Shown in pieces: positions 37,977 to 47,900 of a stretch of DNA of 64,000 bases. The stretch covers positions 39,501 to 103,500 of the IMG/VR virus record IMGVR_UViG_3300018080_000129. One strand, 5' to 3'. The first letter of the stretch is position 1. Each line of letters opens with the position of its first letter. The translations under genes were made by a program, and so were the position numbers. The notes under the pieces were generated by a model. It did no database searches, had not been told where the DNA came from, and was given only the letters and a program-made list of their open reading frames with translations. Source of the stretch: a virus.

Positions 37977-38867
37977 TCAAATAAACTTCAGCATGTGTTC
38001 TAACCTGTGTGTGTATAGATGCTTATGAATCACATCTTCGTAGCTCTTTTCTGCTAATTTTTCACGCTGCGCTTCGTTCTCAAGATAGAAACGAATTTTT
38101 TCTGCCCATTCCAAAATCACCTGCTCGATGTTTGAACTACTCGGAAGAGTCGTCTCGGCAATGAAATTCGCACCATGAATGTCCTTCAGCCCCTCACGAT
38201 ACGCCTGTATTTGAAAAGCTCCCGTTGCAGGAACATCGAACGTGCGGCACGGACAACCAAAAACCAACGAAGGGTTATATTGGTCTCCATCCTGCATTGG
38301 CGCAATCATTACTCGCGTCTGGTTGTAGAGAAGATTTATCTCGCGGTCGCTCATGCTCATTGAAAAACTGAATCTGCAATTCGGAAAAAAGCGACTGATT
38401 TCCTGAGCAAACCGAACCCTCCAAGGATGTGCGGCTCCAATCATTGCAATGTCATATCGTTTTTTGCATCTCGAAATCTGAAAGTAAGTCATCGGGTCGG
38501 CAGCAAGCGGAAGATACTCAACATGGTCTCCGTAGCCATGCGTTTTTGTATAAGAGAAATGCCTGTCCACCAGTTTCGTAATCCTACCTATTCTCTCTTG
38601 CCAGTGAGGAATCTCGTCATTATGCGTCCAGACAAAGAATTTGCATCGCTTTCTGAACCGTTCGACAAGAGAAGGTGTCAAGCCAAAACCCGCTGAACTG
38701 ATAACTACGTCCAGACCCAAAGGCATTTCTTGCGCTTGAACACCGCCCATAGAACCAATATAAGTCAATTCGTGCCCTTCTACCAGCACCGCATTGCCAA
38801 GAAATTCGGCAACGTAATCGGCACCATTGTTCTCCGTGACACCCGAATACATCACGCCAATTTTCAT
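37977..38867 (-). CDS. GT-B glycosyltransferase (CgeB-like)
   Basis: Start MKIGVMYSG; YLPLAADP, RTFDVPATGAFQI, HLYTHRL. Confidence 0.75.
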   Translation of the reverse strand: MKIGVMYSGVTENNGADYVAEFLGNAVLVEGHELTYIGSMGGVQAQEMPLGLDVVISSAGFGLTPSLVERFRKRCKFFVWTHNDEIPHWQERIGRITKLVDRHFSYTKTHGYGDHVEYLPLAADPMTYFQISRCKKRYDIAMIGAAHPWRVRFAQEISRFFPNCRFSFSMSMSDREINLLYNQTRVMIAPMQDGDQYNPSLVFGCPCRTFDVPATGAFQIQAYREGLKDIHGANFIAETTLPSSSNIEQVILEWAEKIRFYLENEAQREKLAEKSYEDVIHKHLYTHRLEHMLKFI

Positions 38868-39859
38868 AGCAACTCCGAAAGAATCTTGTCTTCCACAAAC
38901 ACATGTTCCATTATCTCGTTCGGCTTGTTCATCACACAGCGGGGGCAATCTTCTATGTCTATCTCCGCAATTGCTCTTTTGTGCTCTTCGCTTCCCCAAA
39001 TGTCCTCCAATGCAAGATGATACAGGTCTCCGAAACGAAGGAACACATCTTGACAGACAATCAGTTCACCTGTTGCTGTCACTACACCATGCAAAGGAGA
39101 AGCTAAGCATTCCCTGTATTGCCTTTCACTCCAGTAACCATCAAACTTCTCTGAAATTGAGAAGAGCTTTACCTTCGTCAGCTTTTTTGCCGCCTCACAA
39201 AGATGATAAGCTGGCTCGATAATAGCCCGTACTTTCTCGTCCTGTCCCTTATCTCGAAAGTAAGCAGGGCGAATGTGAACGAAATCCGCTCCAAGCTCAT
39301 CAGCCAGCTTGCAGAACGAAAAAACATCCTGCCAATTATCATAACTCAAAACAAAGCCGAGTCCAAATGCAAGTCCCTTGCACCACATTCTCACATTGCG
39401 AATGTTTTCGACAATCTTGTGGAAACTATGAGTCCCTGTAATCAACTCGTGTGTTTCGGCGGTTCCGGCATTCAAACTCACACGCACTCGATTGAACATT
39501 GAAGCAATTTCCGGCGTCAATGCAATCCCATTCGTCGATAGCACCTTGAATCCATCAAAATACTTTACGTGAGATAGATAAGGATATAGAGTCGGTTCTC
39601 CTCCCCCGCTGACATGAATCGACTTGATGCCCATTGAATTTGCAGAAGCTATCAATCCCTGAAATACACTATCGCTGAGAGAAAATTCCTTCTTCTGCTC
39701 CTCTTTCATAATACAGAAATTGCAGTTCGAATTGCACCTGTTCGTAGGATAGATATGAAGAACTACAGGCGACTTGAAACGACCTTCCAAAATTGCTCTG
39801 CATTTATCAGCATAGAGCAACGTCTTCCATGAATTGAATTCATCAAACGTGTTGCTCAT
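38864..39859 (-). CDS. radical SAM protein with SPASM/twitch domain
   Basis: CNSNCNFC, SGGGEP, C-terminal C...G.LIVC...CPRC. Confidence 0.9.
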   Translation of the reverse strand: MSNTFDEFNSWKTLLYADKCRAILEGRFKSPVVLHIYPTNRCNSNCNFCIMKEEQKKEFSLSDSVFQGLIASANSMGIKSIHVSGGGEPTLYPYLSHVKYFDGFKVLSTNGIALTPEIASMFNRVRVSLNAGTAETHELITGTHSFHKIVENIRNVRMWCKGLAFGLGFVLSYDNWQDVFSFCKLADELGADFVHIRPAYFRDKGQDEKVRAIIEPAYHLCEAAKKLTKVKLFSISEKFDGYWSERQYRECLASPLHGVVTATGELIVCQDVFLRFGDLYHLALEDIWGSEEHKRAIAEIDIEDCPRCVMNKPNEIMEHVFVEDKILSELL

Positions 39860-42800
39860 TTATCATCCTCTCAAGAAATTCCTTCTGCCCTGAAGTTTCC
39901 GCATTGTAAATCACAGTTGGCAAATGAGTCACAGCCCATCTGACACCAGCATCCAGCCAACGTTTCACGAATTCCCAATCGTGACAATAACCTCCCTCAT
40001 TTCTGTCTTTCCACCAACCGAACCTTTGAATCAGGCTTTTCCTGTGCAGAAGACAAGACGTATCCACTTTGCCAAAAGCTGGCTGCTCAAAAATCAATGG
40101 CTTCCCATCTACTGACATGGAAGAAACAACAAATTCCACATCGTTTGCCTGAGCTATTTGCATAAGGCTTGACAAATGATTCGGCTGCCATTCATTGTCG
40201 TCATCCAGATAAGCTATCCATTGTCCAGCAGCCAGCATGATAGCATAGTTCCTCGGAACTGCGCCACCTGCTCCATGATTCTTTGGCAGATTGAATCGTC
40301 GCTCCGCAGACTCCAATGTTGGACAGTTATCGCCCACCACAACAGTATCAATCGCCAGATAATCCTGTTTTTCGATGGATGCCAGAGCCTTTTCGAGCAG
40401 TTCCTTCCTATTGTATGTCGGCACCACAACGGAAATGAGCGGCCCCAAATAGACCTTCTTGATTCTTTCGTCGTCTCGATGCTCATAGTTCAGGACAGGA
40501 AATCCCTTAGCGTCAGGATGATTCAAAGGAGCATCTTTATCTCCATACTCTCTTGCCTTCTGGTGCCGTCTTTCTTTAGAGTGCAGTTCCAAGATATGCG
40601 TATTCCGAGCATTCATAATAAGGGCCTGAGCATGAGAACCTATCAACTTCTCATGGACTGGAAATACCCATCGTATTTCAGGCTTGCTGCGGAACAAAAA
40701 TGGTTTTGCTACCCACTCCGTTTCCGAGCCGTCATAATTCCTTGACCACAACGGAGCATAATAAATGTCATACGGGGCCTGAAACATTTCCCAAAAATGC
40801 CTGAGCGTGTTCGTGTCAAGACGCTCATCAGGGTCTATCATAACAATCCAGCCAACAGAATCATCACGAAAAATATCAAGTGCCATGTTTCTTCGTTGGC
40901 TATACGATTCAATCTTTCCCTCTTCAACAATTACAGATACACTTAACCCATTGCCGTTCTGCTGCCTCAGCCACTCAACAGTTCCGTCATCCGAACCATT
41001 GTCAAGAAAACAGAAATCATTTGTAATACTCTTGAACTGCTCGATGAACTCCGGCAACGCTTTCTTCTCGTTGTATGTCAAAGCAATCACTCGAACATGA
41101 GAACGCTTTTCACGGTACTTCCTCTTGTTCTCTTTCATAACTTCGAAAACATCCAGTTGATTCTCCTTGAACGAGCTATGTCCTTCGTGATATAGCCAAG
41201 CTCCTCCTATTACACGACATTTCAAGCCAAGATAATGCCGCATCTTGAAACAGAAATCGTCATCCTCAAACGTTGTCAGCCGCGTATCGAAGCCGCCAAT
41301 TTCCTCGAAAGATTGCTTGCGCATCAGCATACAAAAGCCAGAAAGCGTCTCCAAATCGTGCGTTGGTCTGATAACATGCTTTTCAATATTACCTTGCGGA
41401 TATTTGGCCTCATTCGAATAAGGCCCGACCACACCTACATAGGGGTTCTCGACAAGCTCTTTTTCAAGCTTCTCCAGCAACCCTTCTTCCACCACTGTGT
41501 CGCTATTCAGAAGCAACAACAATTCATTACTCGTCTCCATTACGCCACGATTTACACCAGCAGAAAAACCAATGTTCATCTCAAGCTGAATCACCTTATC
41601 AGCTTTCAAGCAGTCAAAATGCTTGCCATTCTGGACAAGTACAACCTCGACATCGGGATAACATTTCTTGAGAGAATCAATGCACTTCTGTGTGTGCTCC
41701 TCTGTATTCCAGTCCAGAATCACAGCAGAAATGCCCTTCTTGAAGGATTCCGTCACAGACTTCTTCTGCGACTGATTCATGCGCTTCGTGTTGAAGTCGA
41801 TAAACTCCTTCTCGTAATTTCTTCTGCCCAATGCCAGATGGTCTTGAATTGACTTATTGCGAGTGAACGTTGTGTTCGACCAACTATCAAGAAAGCGATA
41901 GAGATAGAGCATCCTGTCCAGATGCAGACACTTCGAGTAGAGAAAGAATCTCGCATACACGTCCCAATCATCGGCAATCGGCAAGTTGCGGTTGTAGCCT
42001 CCAAGCCGCTTCAACTCGCTGGCTCGGTAAGCCCGCAAATGATTCGGCCCCACAGTCAGGAACCAGCCGAATTGCTGGAAGTGGTTCGGGCCAAAACGGT
42101 CATAGATGTCTGGATTCATACACTCCAGATACGTCTTTCCCCGATAAACTGTCTCCCGATACCGTGTCTTCCAAAAATCATCCGTGAATTGATGAGGCTT
42201 GCCATCTTGAAAAAATGAGGCGCAGTTCGAATAGACGAAACCGACTTCAGGATTCTCATCAAATGCCTTCCTGACTTCAGCAAGACAATTATCCGTCAGC
42301 ATGTCGTCATGGTCAAGCTCAACAAGATAGACGCCATTCGCAAGGCGCGTAGCAATATCCTTGACGGCTCCTATTTTGCCGCTGTGTTTGATTCTGACAG
42401 GATGCACCCGATGGTCTTCACTGGCAATCTCCATCAATTTTTCCCAAGTGCCATCCGTGCTCTCGTCATCGACAACACTCCACTCCCAATTCGTATAGGA
42501 TTGTTCTTTCAAAGAAACATAAGTATCCCGCAGGAAATCACCCGTATTGTAGCTTCCCGTGTAGACTGTGACAAGCGGATTGGTCTTCTGGTTTGGATGC
42601 TCAGCCCAAAGCAAGGAAGCATAGCAAGATTCTACGGCATTGATTACTTCTTCATCGGTCGCGCCACTCTTGACATGAATCCATCTTTTGCGCAACTCGA
42701 AATCAGCGACGTTGAGCGCACCGGGTATAAAGTCCGAGGAGACAATGACATCCGGCACAAATTGCGCAACATCTGACATGAGACTTGCGATACGATTACA

Positions 42801-42869
42801 GACCCTGACCTCGTAAGGCACATTCCAAGCTTTACCAATGAAATAAACTTTGATTCCCGCTGTAGGCAT
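39843..42869 (-). CDS. multi-domain GT-A (family 2) glycosyltransferase
   Basis: Several GT2 modules: VDDESTD/LDHDD; LLNSD/EDDDF; DNGSDD/IDPDE; VVPTYNR/YLDDD. Confidence 0.9.
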   Translation of the reverse strand: MPTAGIKVYFIGKAWNVPYEVRVCNRIASLMSDVAQFVPDVIVSSDFIPGALNVADFELRKRWIHVKSGATDEEVINAVESCYASLLWAEHPNQKTNPLVTVYTGSYNTGDFLRDTYVSLKEQSYTNWEWSVVDDESTDGTWEKLMEIASEDHRVHPVRIKHSGKIGAVKDIATRLANGVYLVELDHDDMLTDNCLAEVRKAFDENPEVGFVYSNCASFFQDGKPHQFTDDFWKTRYRETVYRGKTYLECMNPDIYDRFGPNHFQQFGWFLTVGPNHLRAYRASELKRLGGYNRNLPIADDWDVYARFFLYSKCLHLDRMLYLYRFLDSWSNTTFTRNKSIQDHLALGRRNYEKEFIDFNTKRMNQSQKKSVTESFKKGISAVILDWNTEEHTQKCIDSLKKCYPDVEVVLVQNGKHFDCLKADKVIQLEMNIGFSAGVNRGVMETSNELLLLLNSDTVVEEGLLEKLEKELVENPYVGVVGPYSNEAKYPQGNIEKHVIRPTHDLETLSGFCMLMRKQSFEEIGGFDTRLTTFEDDDFCFKMRHYLGLKCRVIGGAWLYHEGHSSFKENQLDVFEVMKENKRKYREKRSHVRVIALTYNEKKALPEFIEQFKSITNDFCFLDNGSDDGTVEWLRQQNGNGLSVSVIVEEGKIESYSQRRNMALDIFRDDSVGWIVMIDPDERLDTNTLRHFWEMFQAPYDIYYAPLWSRNYDGSETEWVAKPFLFRSKPEIRWVFPVHEKLIGSHAQALIMNARNTHILELHSKERRHQKAREYGDKDAPLNHPDAKGFPVLNYEHRDDERIKKVYLGPLISVVVPTYNRKELLEKALASIEKQDYLAIDTVVVGDNCPTLESAERRFNLPKNHGAGGAVPRNYAIMLAAGQWIAYLDDDNEWQPNHLSSLMQIAQANDVEFVVSSMSVDGKPLIFEQPAFGKVDTSCLLHRKSLIQRFGWWKDRNEGGYCHDWEFVKRWLDAGVRWAVTHLPTVIYNAETSGQKEFLERMINEQHV

Positions 42870-42938
42870 AACAAAGGCACCTTTCCTCTCAGGTGCCTTA
42901 TTATACCCTGCTTGGCATGATTTTTTGGAAGAAATCTC

Positions 42939-43130
42939 TCAACGCATCATTCCATCAACGGTGCCCTTAACGGCTTTCAGCTTTCCTCCTTCAACTTTCC
43001 ACATAAAGCCAGCAGGAGGCGTAGGCACAACTGCTCCTGAAGGAAGCTTGATTGAAACTGCAATTACATTGCCCTCAAAATTGCTAATCATGTCGATGTC
43101 GGCTTGTTCAGTCGGCACGAACTCAGTCAT
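42939..43130 (-). CDS. hypothetical protein
   Basis: Coupled to the upstream gene. Confidence 0.55.
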   Translation of the reverse strand: MTEFVPTEQADIDMISNFEGNVIAVSIKLPSGAVVPTPPAGFMWKVEGGKLKAVKGTVDGMMR

Positions 43131-43533
43131 TGTCCACCTTTGTTTCTTTCAGTTGACCCCAAAGAAAATGTCCGCAAACCACTCCCACTAACAAAGGGAC
43201 AACGGGATGCGTTTCCAGCCAAGCCCTGAAGATATTTTCGCCTGTCTTCAAGACCGTTACAATATCCCACACGAGCCAACACGCAGTAACAGCAAGGAGG
43301 ATTGGAATTGTCAGCCATCGCGAAGATTTCTTTTCCAATGTCCAAAAGATATGACCCATCAAACCACCAGCAGCAAATGGAACAACACAGAAACGCCCTG
43401 CCCATGAAAGCACTATTTCACTTATTGTGTCTCCAGAAGCATCATTAACAGCCACTACAATATCCCAAGCGATAAGACCAAACAGAAATGCCAGAAAGAT
43501 GTATGCAGTGAGCTTTCTTTTTCCTTCAGCCAT
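43123..43533 (-). CDS. four-TM membrane protein with internal duplication
   Basis: WDIV...PF..G...GHIFW occurs twice. Confidence 0.7.
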   Translation of the reverse strand: MAEGKRKLTAYIFLAFLFGLIAWDIVVAVNDASGDTISEIVLSWAGRFCVVPFAAGGLMGHIFWTLEKKSSRWLTIPILLAVTACWLVWDIVTVLKTGENIFRAWLETHPVVPLLVGVVCGHFLWGQLKETKVDND

Positions 43534-44294
43534 CAGTAGTAATACTCCATAATTACACCTATCTCTTTCCCCTCGCCGCTATTGTTGTTCTTGTACTTCA
43601 CCTGCAAAATCGTATTTGCGGGCCAATAGAATCCTTTGATGGCATTTTCCCCCAACTCAATGATACTATTGTTCACGATTTTGATGAGATGCACAAAGCA
43701 TACCGTCATTTGGACATACGTTGGACTGCTTGCCGAAAACGAATGTGTTGTGGCTGTTTGAACTGTGATTTTGTTTGTGTCAGCATCTACATCCAATACC
43801 ATGCCGCAATTATCCTGATTCACGCCGTCATAGAGTTTAACTTCAGCACCAGTGAAGATGTTATTGATGACAGTTTCCGAAACGCTTATCTCCGTCTCCT
43901 CCGCTGTAACGTCGGAAGTAATGATTCCAATAATCGTGTCCGGCGACATGTGGCAGGACATTTCGTCACCCACACAAGCGTCCTGTAAATACACAGTTCC
44001 TTTTTTGACAGTTACATCCTTTGGCATACTAAAGTTGAATATTTGCCAATCCGCGCCCGTCGTTGGAGTAATGAGAAACTGCTTAGCCTGATACCGTTCC
44101 CCTGTTGGATTGTTTTCTTCAATCACGTTTGCCTTGACAATCTCCTCATCAACATAATCAATGATAGTGACTGAATCAAGGTCGATTTCGTGCTCTGTAT
44201 TATGATAACACGCCGTTGGAGCAATTGTTCCCCAACCCGTGACATTCGTCTCTTCGGTGTAGCAGTAAAGCCGGTATTCGTTGACTCGTGTCAT
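43533..44294 (-). CDS. putative fibre-associated structural protein
   Basis: N-terminal YRLYC.TE...PT.C..N..H.ID..S module shared with 44482..44967. Confidence 0.55.
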   Translation of the reverse strand: MTRVNEYRLYCYTEETNVTGWGTIAPTACYHNTEHEIDLDSVTIIDYVDEEIVKANVIEENNPTGERYQAKQFLITPTTGADWQIFNFSMPKDVTVKKGTVYLQDACVGDEMSCHMSPDTIIGIITSDVTAEETEISVSETVINNIFTGAEVKLYDGVNQDNCGMVLDVDADTNKITVQTATTHSFSASSPTYVQMTVCFVHLIKIVNNSIIELGENAIKGFYWPANTILQVKYKNNNSGEGKEIGVIMEYYY

Positions 44295-44306
44295 CTCTCT
44301 ATTTCC

Positions 44307-44967
44307 TTATGCAAATCCTATAAGAATATCGGTGACATAAGCGGTCTGACCTTCCTGCGCAACCGCCATTTGAACCTCAAGAATCGCTTCCGAGGCAGGC
44401 CAATTGCTTGTCGTTCCATCTGTGTAAATACCCTGAGAAGTAATGTTTGTCTTCGAGGCTATCGTATTGTTGTTTGTCACGTCACGAATACGAATTGCCA
44501 TCGCCCTGACTCGGCCCACAATGAAACTTCACTCCAATGGGCGTTCCTACTCTGTTTGTTCCACAAAAAACTATTGAGCGAATCACAGTGTATGTAGTGG
44601 CATCAGCGACCTTCGAATATTCCTTATCCAATGACCCGCATGGAATGTGAAGTGCTTGTTGAACCTGTAATACCCACCTTGCAGCACCCGACGCATTATC
44701 TGTGCAAATGAACTCCTTGTCATTACTTGTATTCAACCATCTTGAACCAACGCCATAACCGTCATTGATGTCATCATTTACAGTCGGGTCAGTCGTTGCT
44801 TCAAGATTGTCGAGGCATAATTCTTCGAGCACAACTTTGCTATTCGCATCAACTTCATGTGCTGGATTCACAGGACACTCGGTTGGTGGAGTATCGAGAA
44901 TCGTGTAGCCTTCTCGTTGACCAACTTCAGTCTCGCAATAGATTCGATATTTCTTTTTGCAAGCCAT
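44307..44967 (-). pseudogene. fibre-associated gene split by a frameshift near 44480-44525
   Basis: Overlapping ORFs 44482..44967 and 44307..44519 together rebuild a domain homologous to the collagen protein C-terminus (GTN...DVTNNN.IAS...N.PA..AI.E.Q). Confidence 0.6.
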
Positions 44968-44969
44968 GA

Positions 44970-47900
44970 TTAGAAGAACCTAAATGAATGGAGTCTTGCT
45001 TTTGAAGAACCACCAGCATCCTTCATCACCTGAATTTCAAAAATTGCTGCATCTGCTGGCAGGTTCGTCAACGTTGTGTCTTCATAAATTGCCATTACAT
45101 CTGATGTCCAAGAAATACTGGCAATCTCATTGTTATTTGTCACGTCATAAACTCGAAGCGTTACTGTTCCACTTGTTCCATTTCTTGAAGCAATAATGTT
45201 CATCGTAGTTGCTGTAACTTCGTTTGTCCCATTATACCAAAATTCTGCCGCTGCTTGCCATGTTGTAGAATTATACTCAACATAAGCTGTTGATGAAGTA
45301 TAGAACGACGTGCAAAACAAAGCACGTGAGTAAGACAAATCAGTGCCTTGATAACCCTGATTGCCTTGGTTGCCCTGCCAACCCTGATTACCTTGAAATC
45401 CTCTAAAACCTTGCCAACCTTGGAATCCTCTAAAACCTTGCCAACCCTGATTTCCTTGAGGGCCAACAATTCCTTGCCAACCTTGATTCCCCTGATAACC
45501 AATATCACCCTGCCAACCTTGCGCTCCCTGATTTCCAGTCTCACCTACTTCGCCTTGGAAACCTTGCCAACCTTGATTTCCTTGAGAACCCGTATCGCCT
45601 ATATTACCTTGCGGCCCTTGCCAGCCCTGATTACCCTGTACGCCATCAGAGCCTATGTCACCTTGTGGCCCCTGTACGCCATCGGCTCCCACGTCACCCT
45701 GCCAACCCTGATTTCCTTGGACACCAGTGTCACCGATGTCACCCTGATTTCCCTGATAACCAATGTCACCCTGATTTCCTTGAACGCCAGTATCACCAAT
45801 GTCACCTTGCGGCCCTTGTACTCCTATTTCTCCTTGTAAACCTTGCCAGCCTTGATTTCCTTGATTACCCTGAACACCATCAGAACCTATGTCACCCTGT
45901 GGCCCTTGAACACCGTCAACCCCAATGTCGCCTTGTGCGCCTTGATAACCAATATCTCCTTGATTACCTTGATTGCCTTGGACACCGATTTCGCCTACAT
46001 CTCCTTGGAATCCTTGGTCGCCTTGATAACCTATGTCACCCTGCCAACCCTGATTGCCTTGAACCCCCGTATTACCAGTGTCACCCTGAAGTCCTTGCCA
46101 ACCTTGTGGCCCCTGAACACCATCAACACCGATGTCACCTTGCCAACCCTGAACACCTTGTACGCCTGTTTCACCTACATCGCCCTGATTTCCTTGGCGT
46201 CCCTGATTCCCTTGCGTTCCATCAATACCTTGGTCGCCCTGCCAACCCTGATTACCCTGAAAACCAACATCTCCCTGATTTCCTTGGACACCAGTTTCGC
46301 CTATGTCACCTTGCGGCCCTTGAACGCCGTCAACACCAATGTCACCCTGTGGCCCTTGGACGCCAGTATCACCTATATCACCTTGTGGCCCTTGTGTGCC
46401 CGTGTCACCAGTGTCACCCTGAAGCCCTTGCCAACCCTGTGCGCCTTGCAAACCAGTATCGCCAACATTACCCTGATTGCCTTGCGCACCCTGAACACCT
46501 GTATCGCCAGTGTTTCCTACATTTCCTTGTGGGCCTTGAACACCCGTATCACCAGTATTTCCTACTTCACCTTGTGGGCCTTGTACTCCCTGAACACCAT
46601 CAGAACCAATATTGCCTTGCCAACCTTGACTGCCTTGATTTCCTTGTACGCCGTCAGAGCCGATGTCACCTTGTGGGCCTTGAACACCGTCAACACCGAT
46701 GTCTCCCTGCCAGCCCTGATTGCCTTGTACGCCGTCAGCACCAACGTCTCCTTGGAATCCTTGGTCGCCTTGATAACCTATATCACCTTGCCAACCCTGA
46801 TTTCCTTGAACACCCGTATCACCAGTATCACCCTGTAAACCTTGTGGGCCTTGGAAACCAATATCGCCCTGATTGCCTTGGACACCATCTTGTCCTACAT
46901 CACCCTGCCAACCTTGAACACCTTGGAAACCAGTATCGCCCACATCGCCCTGATTTCCCTGTACGCCTTGAACACCGTCAAGACCAATCGCACCTTGAAA
47001 TCCTTGACGACCTTGATTTCCTTGTGGGCCTATATCTCCTATGTCACCCTGATTGCCCTGAACACCGTCATTACCCTGCGGCCCCTGAACACCGTCAGCA
47101 CCGATGTCACCTTGGAATCCTTGTTCGCCTTGCCATCCTTGTGGGCCTTGCCATCCTTGCGGTGAGTAACCCTGTGGCCCCAAGTAACCCTGATTGCCCT
47201 GATAACCTTGAGAGCCAACATCACCCTGAAAACCTTGCGTTCCATCAATACCGGCAGGCCCTTGAGAACCCTGATTTCCCGTCCCTTCAATACCTTGTGG
47301 GCCTATGTCACCCTGCCAGCCCTGATTGCCTTGGACACCCGTATCACCAGTATCACCCTGTAAACCTTGTGGGCCTTGGAAACCAGTATCACCAACATCC
47401 CCCTGATTACCTTGGACACCCTGAATCCCTGTGTCCCCTACCGCACCTTGACTTCCTTGGCGTCCTTGATTTCCTTGAACTCCATCTTGTCCTACATCAC
47501 CCTGCCAACCTTGAACACCTTGTACGCCGTCAGCACCAATATTTCCTTGTGGCCCTTGAACTCCATCAGCACCAACATCACCCTGTGGCCCTTGAACACC
47601 GTCAATACCGATGTCTCCCTGTGGCCCTTGAACCCCGTCAATACCGATGTCACCTTGAGGCCCTTGAACTCCATCGGCACCGATGTCTCCCTGTGGCCCC
47701 TGAACACCGTCAATACCGATGTCTCCCTGTGGCCCCTGAACACCGTCAATACCGATGTCACCTTGATTTCCCTGTGCGCCCTGAACGCCAATTCCAATTG
47801 CGCCTTGCCAACCTTGCCAACCCTGATTACCCTGAACACCATCCTGTCCTACGTCTCCCTGCCAACCTTGAGCACCTTGAAGACCAGCAGAGCCTACATC

